DNA of 64,000 bases from assembly GCA_963845815.1 (NCBI GenBank), contig CAWJTD010000001.1, positions 845,738 through 909,737 of the forward strand. The letters run 5' to 3'. Within the stretch, counting starts at the first letter, position 1, and every line of letters begins with the position of its first letter. This document shows, in pieces, positions 29,528 to 39,711 of this stretch. The translations under genes were made by a program, and so were the position numbers. The notes under the pieces are model-generated. The model searched no databases. It saw only the letters and a program-made list of their open reading frames with translations, and had not been told where the DNA came from. Origin of the DNA: an uncultured Actinomycetota bacterium (GTDB taxonomy: Bacteria > Actinomycetota > Actinomycetes > Actinomycetales > Dermatophilaceae).

Positions 29528-31318
29528 ATGTCGACACGCGTCGGTCGTCACCACCGTGACTCCGACCGCCAGACCAGGGGGTATGCGGTGCGCGCAGGGA
29601 CACGTGCTGGTCGGCGGGGGCGGCTGGTCGGGGCAGTCCTGACCTGCCTCCTGTCGACGGCGATCGCCGTTGGCATCGGAACCGCCCCACCCGCGGCCTC
29701 GTCCCCACCAGGGACCAAGGAGGTGACCGCCACCCTGTTCGAGTGGTCGTTCAGCTCGGTGGCGACGGCGTGCACCAACACCCTGGGACCGAAGGGCTAC
29801 GGCTTCGTCGAGGTGTCTCCGCCGCAGGAACACATCCAGGGTGCTCAGTGGTGGACCTCCTACCAGCCGGTCAGCTACCAGATCGCGGGGCGGCTCGGGA
29901 CCGAGGCGCAGTTCTCGTCGATGGTCAGCACCTGTCACGCAGCAGGGGTCAAGGTGGTCGCCGACGCGGTCATCAACCACATGACCGCCGGTTCCGGGAC
30001 GGGGACGGCGGGCACGGTCTACACGAAGTACACCTACCCGGGGACCTACCAGAACCAGGACTTCCACTCGTGCCGGACCGAGGTCAGCAACTACGCGGAC
30101 CGCTCGAACGTGCAGAACTGCGAGCTGGTCGGACTCGCCGACCTGGACACCGGCAGCGAGTACGTGCGCGCGACGATTGCGTCCTACCTCAACCGCCTCA
30201 CCGCCTTGGGCGTCGACGGGTTCCGCATCGACGGTGCCAAGCACATCGCGGCCTCCGACCTTTCGGCGATCAAGGCGAAGCTCACCAACCCGAGCGTCTA
30301 CTGGGCCCAGGAGGTCATCTATGGCGCCGGGGAGGCGGTGCAGCCGAGTGAGTACACCGCGACCGGCGACGTCGACGAGTTTCGCGCGGCATACGACCTC
30401 AAGCGGATGTTCACCAGCGACAAGCTCACCTACCTCAGCACCTGGGGTGAGTCCTGGGGCTACCTGCCCAGTGCCAACGCCCGAGTGTTCGTGGACAACT
30501 GGGACACCGAACGCAACGGCTCGACCCTGAACGCCACCTACGGCAGCACCTATACCCTCGCGAACGTCTTCGTCCTGGCGTGGCCGTACGGATCGCCGAA
30601 CGTCTTCTCCGGGTACTCGTACACGAACGGCGACGCGGGTCCGCCGAACGGCGGCACCGTCAACGCCTGCTTCACCGACGGGTGGACCTGTCAGCACGCC
30701 TGGCGGCCGGTCGCCAACATGGTGGCCTTCCGCAACGCCACGAGAGGGAACGCGGTGACCAACTGGTGGTCCAACGGGAACAACGCCATCGCCTTCGGCC
30801 GGGGAAGCGCAGGTCACGTCGTCATCAACAAGGAGGGCAGCTCGATCACCCGGCAGTTCCAGAGCTCGCTCCCGGCCGGGCGGTACTGCGACGTCATCCA
30901 TGGCGACCGTGCGACGAACGGCTCCTGCACCGGGCCCACCTATGTCGTGGCGTCCAACGGGACCTTCTGGGCCAGCGCCGGTGCGGGTGACTCAATCGCG
31001 CTCTACGGTCCGCCGATCCCCAACGTCAGCGGCGCGGCCTTCGCGGTGAACGCGACGACCTCACCGGGCCAGGACATCTACGTCGTCGGTGACATCCCGG
31101 CCCTCGGCGGCTGGAACACCGGCCAGGCGTTGAAGCTCGCGCCGACGGCCTACCCGACCTGGAACCTCGACGTCGCACTGCCGGCCGGCTCGTCGATCCA
31201 GTACAAGTACCTCCGCAAGGACCCCTCCGGTGCCGTGACCTGGGAGTCCGGCGCCAACCGCACGGCGACCGTGCCGTCCAGTGGGCTGCTGTCCCTCAAT
31301 GACACCTGGCGGTCCTGA
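29528..31318 (+). CDS. amy: Secreted GH13 alpha-amylase with C-terminal CBM20
   Basis: Signal peptide; [32 protein letters not shown]-terminal starch-binding domain (WESGANR). Exact start uncertain (29528 or 29588). Confidence 0.92.
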   Translation: MSTRVGRHHRDSDRQTRGYAVRAGTRAGRRGRLVGAVLTCLLSTAIAVGIGTAPPAASSPPGTKEVTATLFEWSFSSVATACTNTLGPKGYGFVEVSPPQEHIQGAQWWTSYQPVSYQIAGRLGTEAQFSSMVSTCHAAGVKVVADAVINHMTAGSGTGTAGTVYTKYTYPGTYQNQDFHSCRTEVSNYADRSNVQNCELVGLADLDTGSEYVRATIASYLNRLTALGVDGFRIDGAKHIAASDLSAIKAKLTNPSVYWAQEVIYGAGEAVQPSEYTATGDVDEFRAAYDLKRMFTSDKLTYLSTWGESWGYLPSANARVFVDNWDTERNGSTLNATYGSTYTLANVFVLAWPYGSPNVFSGYSYTNGDAGPPNGGTVNACFTDGWTCQHAWRPVANMVAFRNATRGNAVTNWWSNGNNAIAFGRGSAGHVVINKEGSSITRQFQSSLPAGRYCDVIHGDRATNGSCTGPTYVVASNGTFWASAGAGDSIALYGPPIPNVSGAAFAVNATTSPGQDIYVVGDIPALGGWNTGQALKLAPTAYPTWNLDVALPAGSSIQYKYLRKDPSGAVTWESGANRTATVPSSGLLSLNDTWRS

Positions 31319-31419
31319 CCCGGTCCAGCGCGGCGGCTGACCGCGGAGCCGCGACCCTTGCCGTCCGCGCGGCTGATGAGGATCATGGGCGCCCAGAGGT
31401 CCTCGGGCAGGGAGGAAAG

Positions 31420-32826
31420 ATGGACGTACTCGAGCTGGATGCCGTCGGGCAGGCGGAGGCCGTCCGGGCCGGGCAGGTGTCGGCCGGCGAGCTGCGCGAC
31501 GCGGCCCTGACCCGGCTGCGGGAGAGCGACGAGCTGCTGAACTCGGTGGTGTGGTTCGGTGACGAGGAGACGCTGCCCGACGAGCCGACCGCGCGGCGTG
31601 ATGCTCCCTTCGACGGGGTGCCGATCGTCCTCAAGGACCTCCCGGCCTGGCAGCGCGGGGTCCCGGTGGGCCTGGGAGTGCGGGCGCTCGAGCAGGCTAG
31701 GATTCGCGCCAGCCAGGACAGTCCCGGCGGCGCCCGCCTGCGGGCTGCCGGCTTCGTCACGGTGGCGACGACAAGCACCGCGCCCTTCGGTTGGGGCCCG
31801 TGGGCGGGGACCGCCCAGGGACACACCCGGACCCCATACGACCTCACCCGCGCCTCCAACGGCTCGAGCGGCGGCAGTGCGGCCTCGGTCGCCGTCGGGG
31901 CCGTCGCGGTCGGGACAGGCGCCGACGCCGGCGGGTCCATCCGACTACCCGCCGCCTGGTGTGGCGTCGTCGGTCACAAGCCCACCCGAGGCCTGGTTCC
32001 GTCGGCCTGGGCCTACCCCCAGGTCACCGAGGGGGTGCTCACCCGCAGCGTCAGGGATGCGGCAGCCCTCTTGGACGTGCTGGCCGCGCCGGAGCCCGGG
32101 TCGCTCTTCATGGCACCGCGACCCGCTGGCGGCTATGCGGCGGCACTGACGCGTCCCCTTCCCCCGTTGCGGGTGGCCGTGCTCGGGGAGTTCTCGGACG
32201 CGACGACGGCCACCACTCGTGACGTCGTGTCGCGGGTAGGGGAGCGGTTGGCCGCCCTCGGTCACCACGTCGAGGTGGCCACCCCGGTCGGGTTCTACGA
32301 CGAGGTCTCGGACCAGCAGTCCGGGATGGCATTGCATGCCATGCTCGCCCACTCCATCGCCGACGCCGGTCTCCTGTTGGGACGGCCACTGCGCGAGGAC
32401 GAGCTCGAGCCCTATGTCGGGATGCTGCGCCAGGCCGGCGAGGCCGCCACCGCCCGCGACGAGGTGCGGCGGGTCGCGGCGACCCAGACGTGGTCCCGGA
32501 CCCTGTGCCGGTTCTGGGCCGAGTACGACGTCCTCGTGTGCCCCACCTCGCCGTTCCCACCGCTGCCCGTGGAGCAGTGGGAGCCCAACCCCGACGATCC
32601 GATGGAGCCCTGGATGCGATGGGGTCCGGGGCTGAGCTACACCGACCCCTTCAACCAGACGGGACAGCCGGCGCTGTCGATGCCGGCAGGCACCATCGAC
32701 GGGCTGCCGTACGCCGTGCAGCTGGTCGCCAGGCACGATGAGGACGTCGTGCTGCTTCAGCTGGCGGCCGCTCTCGAGGAGGAGCAGCCGATCCTGCCGC
32801 GCTGGCCGGTGCCGAGCGGGTCGTGA
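31420..32826 (+). CDS. Amidase (amidase-signature family)
   Basis: PIVLKD, GSSGGSAASVA, DAGGSIRLPAAWCG. Confidence 0.92.
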   Translation: MDVLELDAVGQAEAVRAGQVSAGELRDAALTRLRESDELLNSVVWFGDEETLPDEPTARRDAPFDGVPIVLKDLPAWQRGVPVGLGVRALEQARIRASQDSPGGARLRAAGFVTVATTSTAPFGWGPWAGTAQGHTRTPYDLTRASNGSSGGSAASVAVGAVAVGTGADAGGSIRLPAAWCGVVGHKPTRGLVPSAWAYPQVTEGVLTRSVRDAAALLDVLAAPEPGSLFMAPRPAGGYAAALTRPLPPLRVAVLGEFSDATTATTRDVVSRVGERLAALGHHVEVATPVGFYDEVSDQQSGMALHAMLAHSIADAGLLLGRPLREDELEPYVGMLRQAGEAATARDEVRRVAATQTWSRTLCRFWAEYDVLVCPTSPFPPLPVEQWEPNPDDPMEPWMRWGPGLSYTDPFNQTGQPALSMPAGTIDGLPYAVQLVARHDEDVVLLQLAAALEEEQPILPRWPVPSGS

Positions 32827-32857
32827 TGCGGATGCCGAGGTGCCCGGCCAGAGCGCC

Positions 32858-33994
32858 CTAGGGAGCGACCAGCGGGGCACCGCGTAGCGGGAGTCCGTCG
32901 ACGGCGCGGCGCTCGTTGTCCCGCAGCCGTGGCTCGTAGTGGGCGAAGAACACCTTGCCCACCAGGTCGCGCCTGCTGCGCACGCCGGTCTTCTCGAAGA
33001 CGCTCTTGAGGTGCTGCTGGACGGTGTGCGCCGAGACGACGAGCCCGCTCGCGATCTCGAGCGTGGACTCGCCCTTGAGCACCGCAAGGGTCACCTCCTG
33101 CTCCCGGTCGGTCAGCCCGTACGCCGACATCAGCAGGGGGGTGACCCGGGCTGGGTCGGCGGGCTGGACGATCACGGCCACCCGCGGCTGGCCGTCGCTG
33201 ACGAGCCCCGCACCGTGCAGGACCACCCAGGAGCCGGATCGGCACCTGACGCGCGAGAGGGCCGTACCGGCGTCCGGCTGCCCCGGTGCCTGGCGCAGGG
33301 CTTGGCCGGCCACCGCAAGCACCGACGAGGGCAGGGTGCCACCGTCCCAGTCTCCGTCGGGCAGGTCGGCCAGCCAGCGGGCGACGCCGGGGGTGGCGGA
33401 CTCCACCTCGAAGTCGGCGGTGAGGATGAGCAGGCCCGGGACATTGGGTCCCTCGGGCTCGCGCGCATCCGCGAGGAGCAGCGTCCGCCGGGCTCCCATG
33501 GCCCAGTGCCGCGCCGCCTCCGCGACGAATGCCTTCTCCTCACTGGTGAACGTCGGCGCCCCCGGCTCGCGGTACAGGCTGAGAGCGCCCCATACCTCCC
33601 CGCCCTTGGTCCGCAGCCGCGCGATCAGCTCCTGGTCGGCGCCGTACTGCATGTTCTCGCGCCACCGGCGGCTGCTCGAGGGATCGCCTCCGGTGGCCTC
33701 GTGCAGCGTGGCGACCCCGCTGTCGGAGCGAGCCACGTCGACCAGGGTGTTGACGTCGTCGCCGTAGTACTCGTGGGTGAGCCACTCCTGGGGGAACTGC
33801 GGCACGTCGGGGTTGTAGTGGCTGGTGATCAGCAGCGACGCCGGATCGAGGGTGTACCAGCACGGGGCCTGGTAGTGCGGTACCGCCGTGGCCAGCACCT
33901 CGGACGACTCGCGCCACATGGTGACGAGGTCGTCCGCCCGCGCGGCGATGAGCTCGATCCTGTCGAGTGCTCGCCGGCTGGCTTCCACGCTCAC
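32858..33994 (-). CDS. GAF-like + LuxR-HTH transcriptional regulator
   Basis: C-terminal LTDREQEV...IA..LVVSAHTVQQHLKSVFEKTGVRSR; start set at GTG 33994. Confidence 0.88.
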   Translation of the reverse strand: MSVEASRRALDRIELIAARADDLVTMWRESSEVLATAVPHYQAPCWYTLDPASLLITSHYNPDVPQFPQEWLTHEYYGDDVNTLVDVARSDSGVATLHEATGGDPSSSRRWRENMQYGADQELIARLRTKGGEVWGALSLYREPGAPTFTSEEKAFVAEAARHWAMGARRTLLLADAREPEGPNVPGLLILTADFEVESATPGVARWLADLPDGDWDGGTLPSSVLAVAGQALRQAPGQPDAGTALSRVRCRSGSWVVLHGAGLVSDGQPRVAVIVQPADPARVTPLLMSAYGLTDREQEVTLAVLKGESTLEIASGLVVSAHTVQQHLKSVFEKTGVRSRRDLVGKVFFAHYEPRLRDNERRAVDGLPLRGAPLVAP

Positions 33995-34121
33995 GAGTTC
34001 AATGTAGGCGCGGCAGGTCCAGAGAGGTACCACCTTTGTGGGATGGGAACGGTGACGCCGGTTCACTAGCGTGAGTCCAACCAGCGTCGAGCGACGGCGC
34101 GGCGTGACCGAGGGGTGCATC

Positions 34122-34619
34122 ATGACGGAGCAGACCACGACGGCGGACGTGCGGGCGGTGCGTGCCGACGAGGGAGACCTCTCACGGCTCGGAGGGATCC
34201 GCGACCGGTTCATCATCGACGGGCACCTGACCGGCCAGCGGTTCGCGCTCGTGGAGCACCGGTTCGACGCGATGGCCCTCGCGGCCCCGATGCACCGGCA
34301 CCGGGACGAGGACGAGTACTCCATCATCATCGAGGGCCGGATGGGTGCCGTGCTCGGCGGCACGGAGGTGTTCGGCACCGCCGGTGACGTCATCTTCAAG
34401 CCCCGCGACCAGTGGCACACCTTCTGGAACGCCGGCGACGAGCCACTCGTGGTCCTGGAGCTCATCTCTCCGGCTGGTCTCGAGCGGCTCTTCCGCGCCT
34501 TCGCCGAGGAACCGGATCCCGACCCCGAGCGCCTCGCGGCGATGGCGGCCGAGTACGGCTGTGACCTCGACTTCGAGCAGACGATGCCGGTGCTGGAACG
34601 GCACGGTCTGACCTTCTGA
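34122..34619 (+). CDS. Cupin domain protein
   Basis: PMHRHRDEDEYS..IEG, PRDQWHTFWN; divergent from the LuxR gene. Confidence 0.88.
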   Translation: MTEQTTTADVRAVRADEGDLSRLGGIRDRFIIDGHLTGQRFALVEHRFDAMALAAPMHRHRDEDEYSIIIEGRMGAVLGGTEVFGTAGDVIFKPRDQWHTFWNAGDEPLVVLELISPAGLERLFRAFAEEPDPDPERLAAMAAEYGCDLDFEQTMPVLERHGLTF

Positions 34620-34670
34620 CCAGGTCGCCGCGCATAGAGTCAGCCCTGTGCGGAACTCGTCGAGCCAAGG

Positions 34671-35930
34671 GTGCGATCCCCGGATCTGCGGGTCCGGATG
34701 AGAGCAGCCGGCTCCGCGCAGCTCGACGAGCTTCGGCGACACAACACCGGCCTGATTCTCAAGGAGCTCGTCCGGGGCGGCCAGATGGCCCGGGTCGAGC
34801 TCTCCGAGCGACTCGGCCTCAGCGCCGGGAGCGTGACCAAGATCGTGGCGGTGCTCATCCGCGAGGGACTCGTGGTCGCCCCGGTGGAGATGCGCAGCGT
34901 CGGCGAAACCGGTCGCCCGCGTTCTCCCCTGGACCTCAACCCGGACGGTCCGGTGCTCGTCGGTGCTCAGATCGGGCTGAGCCGGTCGATGGTGGTGGTG
35001 ACCGACCTTCGTGCCCGCGTTCTGTACCAGGGCAGGGTGAGGCATGAGGACACCGACCCGGCGAAGGTCATCGAGCGCACGGGCCGCCTGATCCGCACGC
35101 TCCTGCGGAAGGTCCCTCAGCGCCGGGCACTCGCGGTCGGGGCCAGTATGCCGGGCTGGGTGGACCACGATCGGGGTCTGCTGGTCGAGAACGTCGCCCT
35201 CGGCTGGGCGAACGTCCCGGTCCGGGACATGCTGGCTGCCGCGGTGGGCCTTCCGGTGCTCTTCGACTCGACGGCGAACGCGGTGGCGATGGGAGAGCTG
35301 TGGCTCGGCGCCGGTCGCGAGGTCTCCGACATCCTCAGCGTCTTCGTGGGGACGACGGTCAGCGCCAGCCTGGTCGTCGACCGGAAGCACGTACGCGGTC
35401 GGGACTCGGGCGTCGGTACGCTGACTCACTTTCCCGTCCCCGGCGCACGGGGAGAGCGGTGCGGCTGCGGCAGGCGGGACTGCATCCAGGTCACCGCGTC
35501 CAACGTCGCCGTGGTGAGTGAGGCCAAAGCCAAGGGCCTTATCCCGAAGTCGGCGCCCGACAGCGAGCTGTTCCACCGCGACGCACTGGGAGAACCGGCG
35601 ATCCAGCGCCTGCTAGATCGGCGGGCTCGACTGCTGGCGTCGGCCCTGTCGGTATTGGTCGACTTCGTCAACCCGGAGCTGGTCATCCTGTCCGCCCTCA
35701 GTGACCAGGATGTGGAACGCGTCCGCACGGCGCTGGCGTCGCTGCGCAGGGGCCGTCCAGGTCCGCGGGTCCCGCTCACCGCACCCACCTTAGGGTCGGA
35801 CCAGGTGGCCGTCCCTTCCGCGGTGCTTGCGCTGGACGCCCTGATCCAGGATCCGCTGCGGTTCGAGCCGGCGTTGTCCACCTACCGCACCCGAGCGCCC
35901 GCTCCCCCTGCGAAGTCCGGGCGTCGCTGA
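34671..35930 (+). CDS. ROK family transcriptional regulator
   Basis: N-terminal HTH (LSERLGLSAGSVTKIV), TGRP, CGCGRRDC zinc motif. Confidence 0.9.
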   Translation: MRSPDLRVRMRAAGSAQLDELRRHNTGLILKELVRGGQMARVELSERLGLSAGSVTKIVAVLIREGLVVAPVEMRSVGETGRPRSPLDLNPDGPVLVGAQIGLSRSMVVVTDLRARVLYQGRVRHEDTDPAKVIERTGRLIRTLLRKVPQRRALAVGASMPGWVDHDRGLLVENVALGWANVPVRDMLAAAVGLPVLFDSTANAVAMGELWLGAGREVSDILSVFVGTTVSASLVVDRKHVRGRDSGVGTLTHFPVPGARGERCGCGRRDCIQVTASNVAVVSEAKAKGLIPKSAPDSELFHRDALGEPAIQRLLDRRARLLASALSVLVDFVNPELVILSALSDQDVERVRTALASLRRGRPGPRVPLTAPTLGSDQVAVPSAVLALDALIQDPLRFEPALSTYRTRAPAPPAKSGRR

Positions 35931-36093
35931 GGTCGGTCGTGACCCAGCGGGATGACCACCTCCCTTCGGCCGGGGCCTCGACCGGCGGTCCTTACCGATG
36001 GCTTACCGGCACCGGAAGCCATTGCCGTCATCGGCACCGAAGGCTAGGTTCGAAGACGGGGCAGGTACCCGTCAGGTCAATCGAGGAGCCAGG

Positions 36094-36654
36094 ATGACCG
36101 TGGACGAGCAAGCGGCTGGGTCGGGAGCCCGCGAGCTGACCGAGGGTCCGGCGCATGACCGGGCGACGTCGGTCTCGGCGTTCCTCCTGCGCATCATCGT
36201 GGCGCTGCTGTGGATCGACAACCTCTCTTGGAAGGTTCCCCCGGACTTCGGTTCCCAGGACCGGTCCGGCCTCTACTACTTCACCTCGCTGGCTGTCGAG
36301 CACCCGGTGCTGGTTCCGTACTCCGCGCTGGTCGAGAACGTCATCCTGCCCAACTTCGCCCTTTTCGGCTGGGGAGTGTTCCTGGCCGAGATCGGGCTGG
36401 CCGTGGGCCTGCTGCTGGGCATCGCGACCCGCCTGTGGGCGGTGGTCGCCATTGCCCAGTCGATCGCGATCTTCCTCTCGGTGGGGGCCTCCCCCGAGGA
36501 GTGGAAGTGGAGCTACTTCCTCATGATGGCCGCTCACCTGGCCGTCCTCGGTTTCGCGGCGGGTCGGGTGTGGGGACTCGACGCGGTACTTCGCCGGCGC
36601 GTCTCCCGATCCTCCCCCAGCCTGCTTGGCCGCCTGTACCTCAAAGCCTCCTGA
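36094..36654 (+). CDS. DoxX/DoxD-like membrane protein (Rv1678 family)
   Basis: LLRIIVALLWIDNLSWKVPP; four TM; GAGGAG RBS before ATG 36094; first gene of the Rv1678-81-like block. Confidence 0.8.
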   Translation: MTVDEQAAGSGARELTEGPAHDRATSVSAFLLRIIVALLWIDNLSWKVPPDFGSQDRSGLYYFTSLAVEHPVLVPYSALVENVILPNFALFGWGVFLAEIGLAVGLLLGIATRLWAVVAIAQSIAIFLSVGASPEEWKWSYFLMMAAHLAVLGFAAGRVWGLDAVLRRRVSRSSPSLLGRLYLKAS

Positions 36655-36750
36655 CCGCCCTGGACCCCGGCGCACGACTCCCGCTCGACTGCCGCTCGAC
36701 GACAGCGGCCTGAAACGTTCGCCCCACCGACAGACAAGGACGGTCGACCC

Positions 36751-37878
36751 ATGGACCTGCAATCCCGACTCGAACCCGTGCTGCAGGCAGCCCGGGCCAG
36801 CGCCGATGTCGTCGACAGCGAGGGGGTCTTCCCCGAGGCCGCGGTCTCCGCGCTGCGCGGCTCGGGGCTGATGGGACTCACCCTTCCCGAGTCCGTCGGT
36901 GGCCTGGGGCAGGGTCCGGAGCAGTTCCGCGACGTCATCTCGCAGCTCGCCGGTGCCTGCGGGTCGACGGCGATGATCTACCTGATGCACGTCTCGGCCG
37001 CGATGCCGCTCGCTGCCGCACCCCCGCAGGCACACCCCGGCATGCTCGAGGGTCTGGCCGACGGGAGCATGCTCGGCAGCCTGGCGTTCAGCGAGCGGGG
37101 CTCGCGCAGCCACTTCTGGGCCCCGGTCTCCCGGTGCACCGAGGACGCCGGCGGAGTGCACCTGCAGCTGGAGAAGAGCTGGGTCACCTCGGCCGGGTAC
37201 GCGGACGTCTACGTCATCAGCACCCAGTCGGCGCAGGCCGAGTCCCCCTCCGACTCGGACCTGTATGCCGTGTTGGGATCGGATCCGGGCGTCAAGGTCG
37301 CCGCCCCCTGGGTGGCCTTGGGGCTGCGCGGCAACGCCTCCTCACCGATCAAGCTCGACACCACGGTCTCTGCGCAAGCCCGGCTCGGCGAGGTCGGGTC
37401 GGGGTTCGCGACGATGATGGGCGTCGTCCTGCCGTGGTTCAACCTCGGGAACGCCAGCGTGACGATGGGCCTCGCGCGAGCCTCCCTCGACGCGGCGGTC
37501 CACCACGTGTCGGGCGCCCGGCTGGAGCACCTCGGATCCAGCCTGGCCGACCTGCCGACGATCAGGCACCGCATCGGTCGGGCGGGGACGGTGCTCGCGG
37601 CGCACGAGGCCTACCTGCGGGAGACGGCCGCGAAGGTCACGACTCCGGACGACTCGACACTGCTGCACGTCATCGGCTCGAGGGCGGCCGCCAACGACGC
37701 CGCCCTGGAGATCATCGACGAGGCGATGCGGGTCTGCGGCGGGGCCGCGTTCTCGAAGCACCTGCCGATCGAGCGGTACTTCCGCGACGCCCGGGCCGGC
37801 CACGTCATGGCCCCGACCTCGGACGTGCTCTACGACCTCTACGCCCGAGTCCTGTGCGGCATGGAGCTGTTCTCGTGA
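36751..37878 (+). CDS. Acyl-CoA dehydrogenase-like flavoprotein (Rv1679/FadE16 family)
   Basis: ACGSTAMIYLMH, AFSE.GSRSHFWAP, KSWVTSAG, RVCGGAAFSKHLPIERYFRDARAG. Confidence 0.88.
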   Translation: MDLQSRLEPVLQAARASADVVDSEGVFPEAAVSALRGSGLMGLTLPESVGGLGQGPEQFRDVISQLAGACGSTAMIYLMHVSAAMPLAAAPPQAHPGMLEGLADGSMLGSLAFSERGSRSHFWAPVSRCTEDAGGVHLQLEKSWVTSAGYADVYVISTQSAQAESPSDSDLYAVLGSDPGVKVAAPWVALGLRGNASSPIKLDTTVSAQARLGEVGSGFATMMGVVLPWFNLGNASVTMGLARASLDAAVHHVSGARLEHLGSSLADLPTIRHRIGRAGTVLAAHEAYLRETAAKVTTPDDSTLLHVIGSRAAANDAALEIIDEAMRVCGGAAFSKHLPIERYFRDARAGHVMAPTSDVLYDLYARVLCGMELFS

Positions 37879-38675
37879 CCACCCTGCTGGTCGGTGCGGT
37901 GGCGTACACCCCCAATGTCGTGCCCATCTGGGAGGGGATCCGGGACTACTTCCGCGGCGCGGCGGTGGAGATGGACTTCGTCCTGTTCTCCAACTACGAG
38001 CGCCAGGTGGACGCCCTGCTGGCCGGGCACGTGGACGTCGCCTGGAACACCAACCTGGCGTACGTGCGGACCGTGGGCCTGACCGACGGGGCCTGCCGGG
38101 CGCTGGCGATGCGGGACACCGACGTGACGTTCCAGACGGTGTTCGTGTCGCGCAGCGGCGCGGGCTTCGGCTCACTCGACACGTTGTCCGGGCAGCGGAT
38201 CGCGCTGGGTTCGAAGGACTCGGGTCAGGCGCGGATCCTGCCGGTGAAGTACCTCACCGAGCACGGCGTCGTCGACGACAACAAGCTCGTCATCTTCGAC
38301 TCCGACGTCGGCAAGCACGGTGACACCGGCCGGAGCGAGCTCGACGCGCTGCGGGCGGTGGTCGAGGACGAGGCGGACGTCGCCGCGCTGGGCATCTCGA
38401 CGTGGAACCAGCTGCAGCAGGCAGGAGACCTCGGGGTCGAGGCCTTCTGGACCAGCCCGCACTACTGCCACTGCAACTTCACCGCCCTCCCGACCCTCGA
38501 CGAGTCGGTCAGCGGACCGTGGGTCGAGCACCTCCTGGCGATGGACTGGGAGAACCCGGAGCACCGGAGAATCCTCGAGCTCGAGGGTCTGACCCGGTGG
38601 GTCCGGCCGCAGCTCGAGGGGTACGCCTCGCTCTTCGAGGCCGTGCGCGAGCAGGAGATCTCGTTCCGGTGGTGA
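37875..38675 (+). CDS. PhnD/SBP-fold protein without signal peptide (Rv1680 family)
   Basis: VGAVAYTPNVVPIWEGIR, GKHGDTGRSELDA, YCHC; no lipobox; GTGA overlap with the ACAD stop. Confidence 0.85.
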   Translation: MTTLLVGAVAYTPNVVPIWEGIRDYFRGAAVEMDFVLFSNYERQVDALLAGHVDVAWNTNLAYVRTVGLTDGACRALAMRDTDVTFQTVFVSRSGAGFGSLDTLSGQRIALGSKDSGQARILPVKYLTEHGVVDDNKLVIFDSDVGKHGDTGRSELDALRAVVEDEADVAALGISTWNQLQQAGDLGVEAFWTSPHYCHCNFTALPTLDESVSGPWVEHLLAMDWENPEHRRILELEGLTRWVRPQLEGYASLFEAVREQEISFRW

Positions 38676-38681
38676 GCTGAG

Positions 38682-39677
38682 GTGGACCGGGCGCTGCTGG
38701 CGATCGACCTGCTCGAACGGGTCGGGGCGACCGCTACGGGCTCGACGGTGCAGGTCGCCGCCCGGACGTCGGGGGACGTCGACTTCATCGACGCGTGGTG
38801 CCGGGCCAGCGGCAACTCGGTGCTGGCCGTCCTGCCGGACCGGGTCGAGGTCTATCGCGGCTCGCTGGCCGACCCGACGGCGTCCCTTCCTGCCGAACGC
38901 CTGCCCGGCTACCGGCTGTGGATGTACACGAACTTCCACTGCAACCTGGCCTGCGACTACTGCTGCGTCTCGTCGTCGCCGAAGGCGGCCCCGCGCGAGC
39001 TCAGCGCCGAGACGGTCGCCGAGGTGGTGCGCCAGTCTCGGGAGACCGGGATGCGGGAGATCTACCTCACCGGTGGGGAGCCGTTCATGAGCAAGGAGAT
39101 CGGCGCCATCGTCGAGACCTGCGTCGCAGCCGCCCCCACGGTGATGCTGACCAACGGGATGCTGTTCCACGGCGCCCGCAGGCGACTGCTGGAGGCGATG
39201 CCGCGGGCGGGACTGGTGCTCCAGATCAGTGTCGACAGCGCCACCTTCGAGGTCCACGACCGGCACCGCGGCACCGGCTCGTGGGCCAAGGCGACTGCCG
39301 GCATCCGGCTCGCCCGGGAGCTGGGGTTCCGGGTGCGCCTCGCGTCGACCGTGTCCGCGGGGTCGACCGCGCAGGAGGAGGTGCTCGTCGACCTGTGCGC
39401 CGAGCTCGACGTCCCTGCCGAGGACCTGATCGTGCGCCGGATCGCGGCCGAAGGGTGCGCGACCGACGGGATCGTGATCACCCGGGAGTCGGTGGTGCCC
39501 GAGGTCTGCGTCACCGCCGACGGGGTCTACTGGCACCCGGTCGCCGCGACCAACCCCCGGATGAGGGTGTCGGGGTCGATCTTCCCGCTCGCCGAGTCGG
39601 TCGCCGCCATGACAGCCGAGTTCGTGGCCTACCGGCGCCGGGGCGCGGTCCTCGCGGCGAGCTTCCCGTGCGCGTAG
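38682..39677 (+). CDS. Radical SAM protein with TusA-like N-terminus (Rv1681/MoeX family)
   Basis: WMYTNFHCNLACDYCC, LTGGEPF, TNG, C-terminal FPCA. Confidence 0.88.
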   Translation: MDRALLAIDLLERVGATATGSTVQVAARTSGDVDFIDAWCRASGNSVLAVLPDRVEVYRGSLADPTASLPAERLPGYRLWMYTNFHCNLACDYCCVSSSPKAAPRELSAETVAEVVRQSRETGMREIYLTGGEPFMSKEIGAIVETCVAAAPTVMLTNGMLFHGARRRLLEAMPRAGLVLQISVDSATFEVHDRHRGTGSWAKATAGIRLARELGFRVRLASTVSAGSTAQEEVLVDLCAELDVPAEDLIVRRIAAEGCATDGIVITRESVVPEVCVTADGVYWHPVAATNPRMRVSGSIFPLAESVAAMTAEFVAYRRRGAVLAASFPCA

Positions 39678-39711
39678 GTCCTCGCTTCCGCCGCGGCGGC
39701 CGGCGCTGCCG

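Noticed and set aside
38673-38684. PhnD-like and radical SAM ORFs are in the same frame, separated by one TGA and two codons (possible Sec or readthrough fusion)
   Set aside because: The recalled Rv1680 homologue also ends in ...RW at this point, a GAG-GTG start follows, and I saw no SECIS-like hairpin. A normal stop is more likely.
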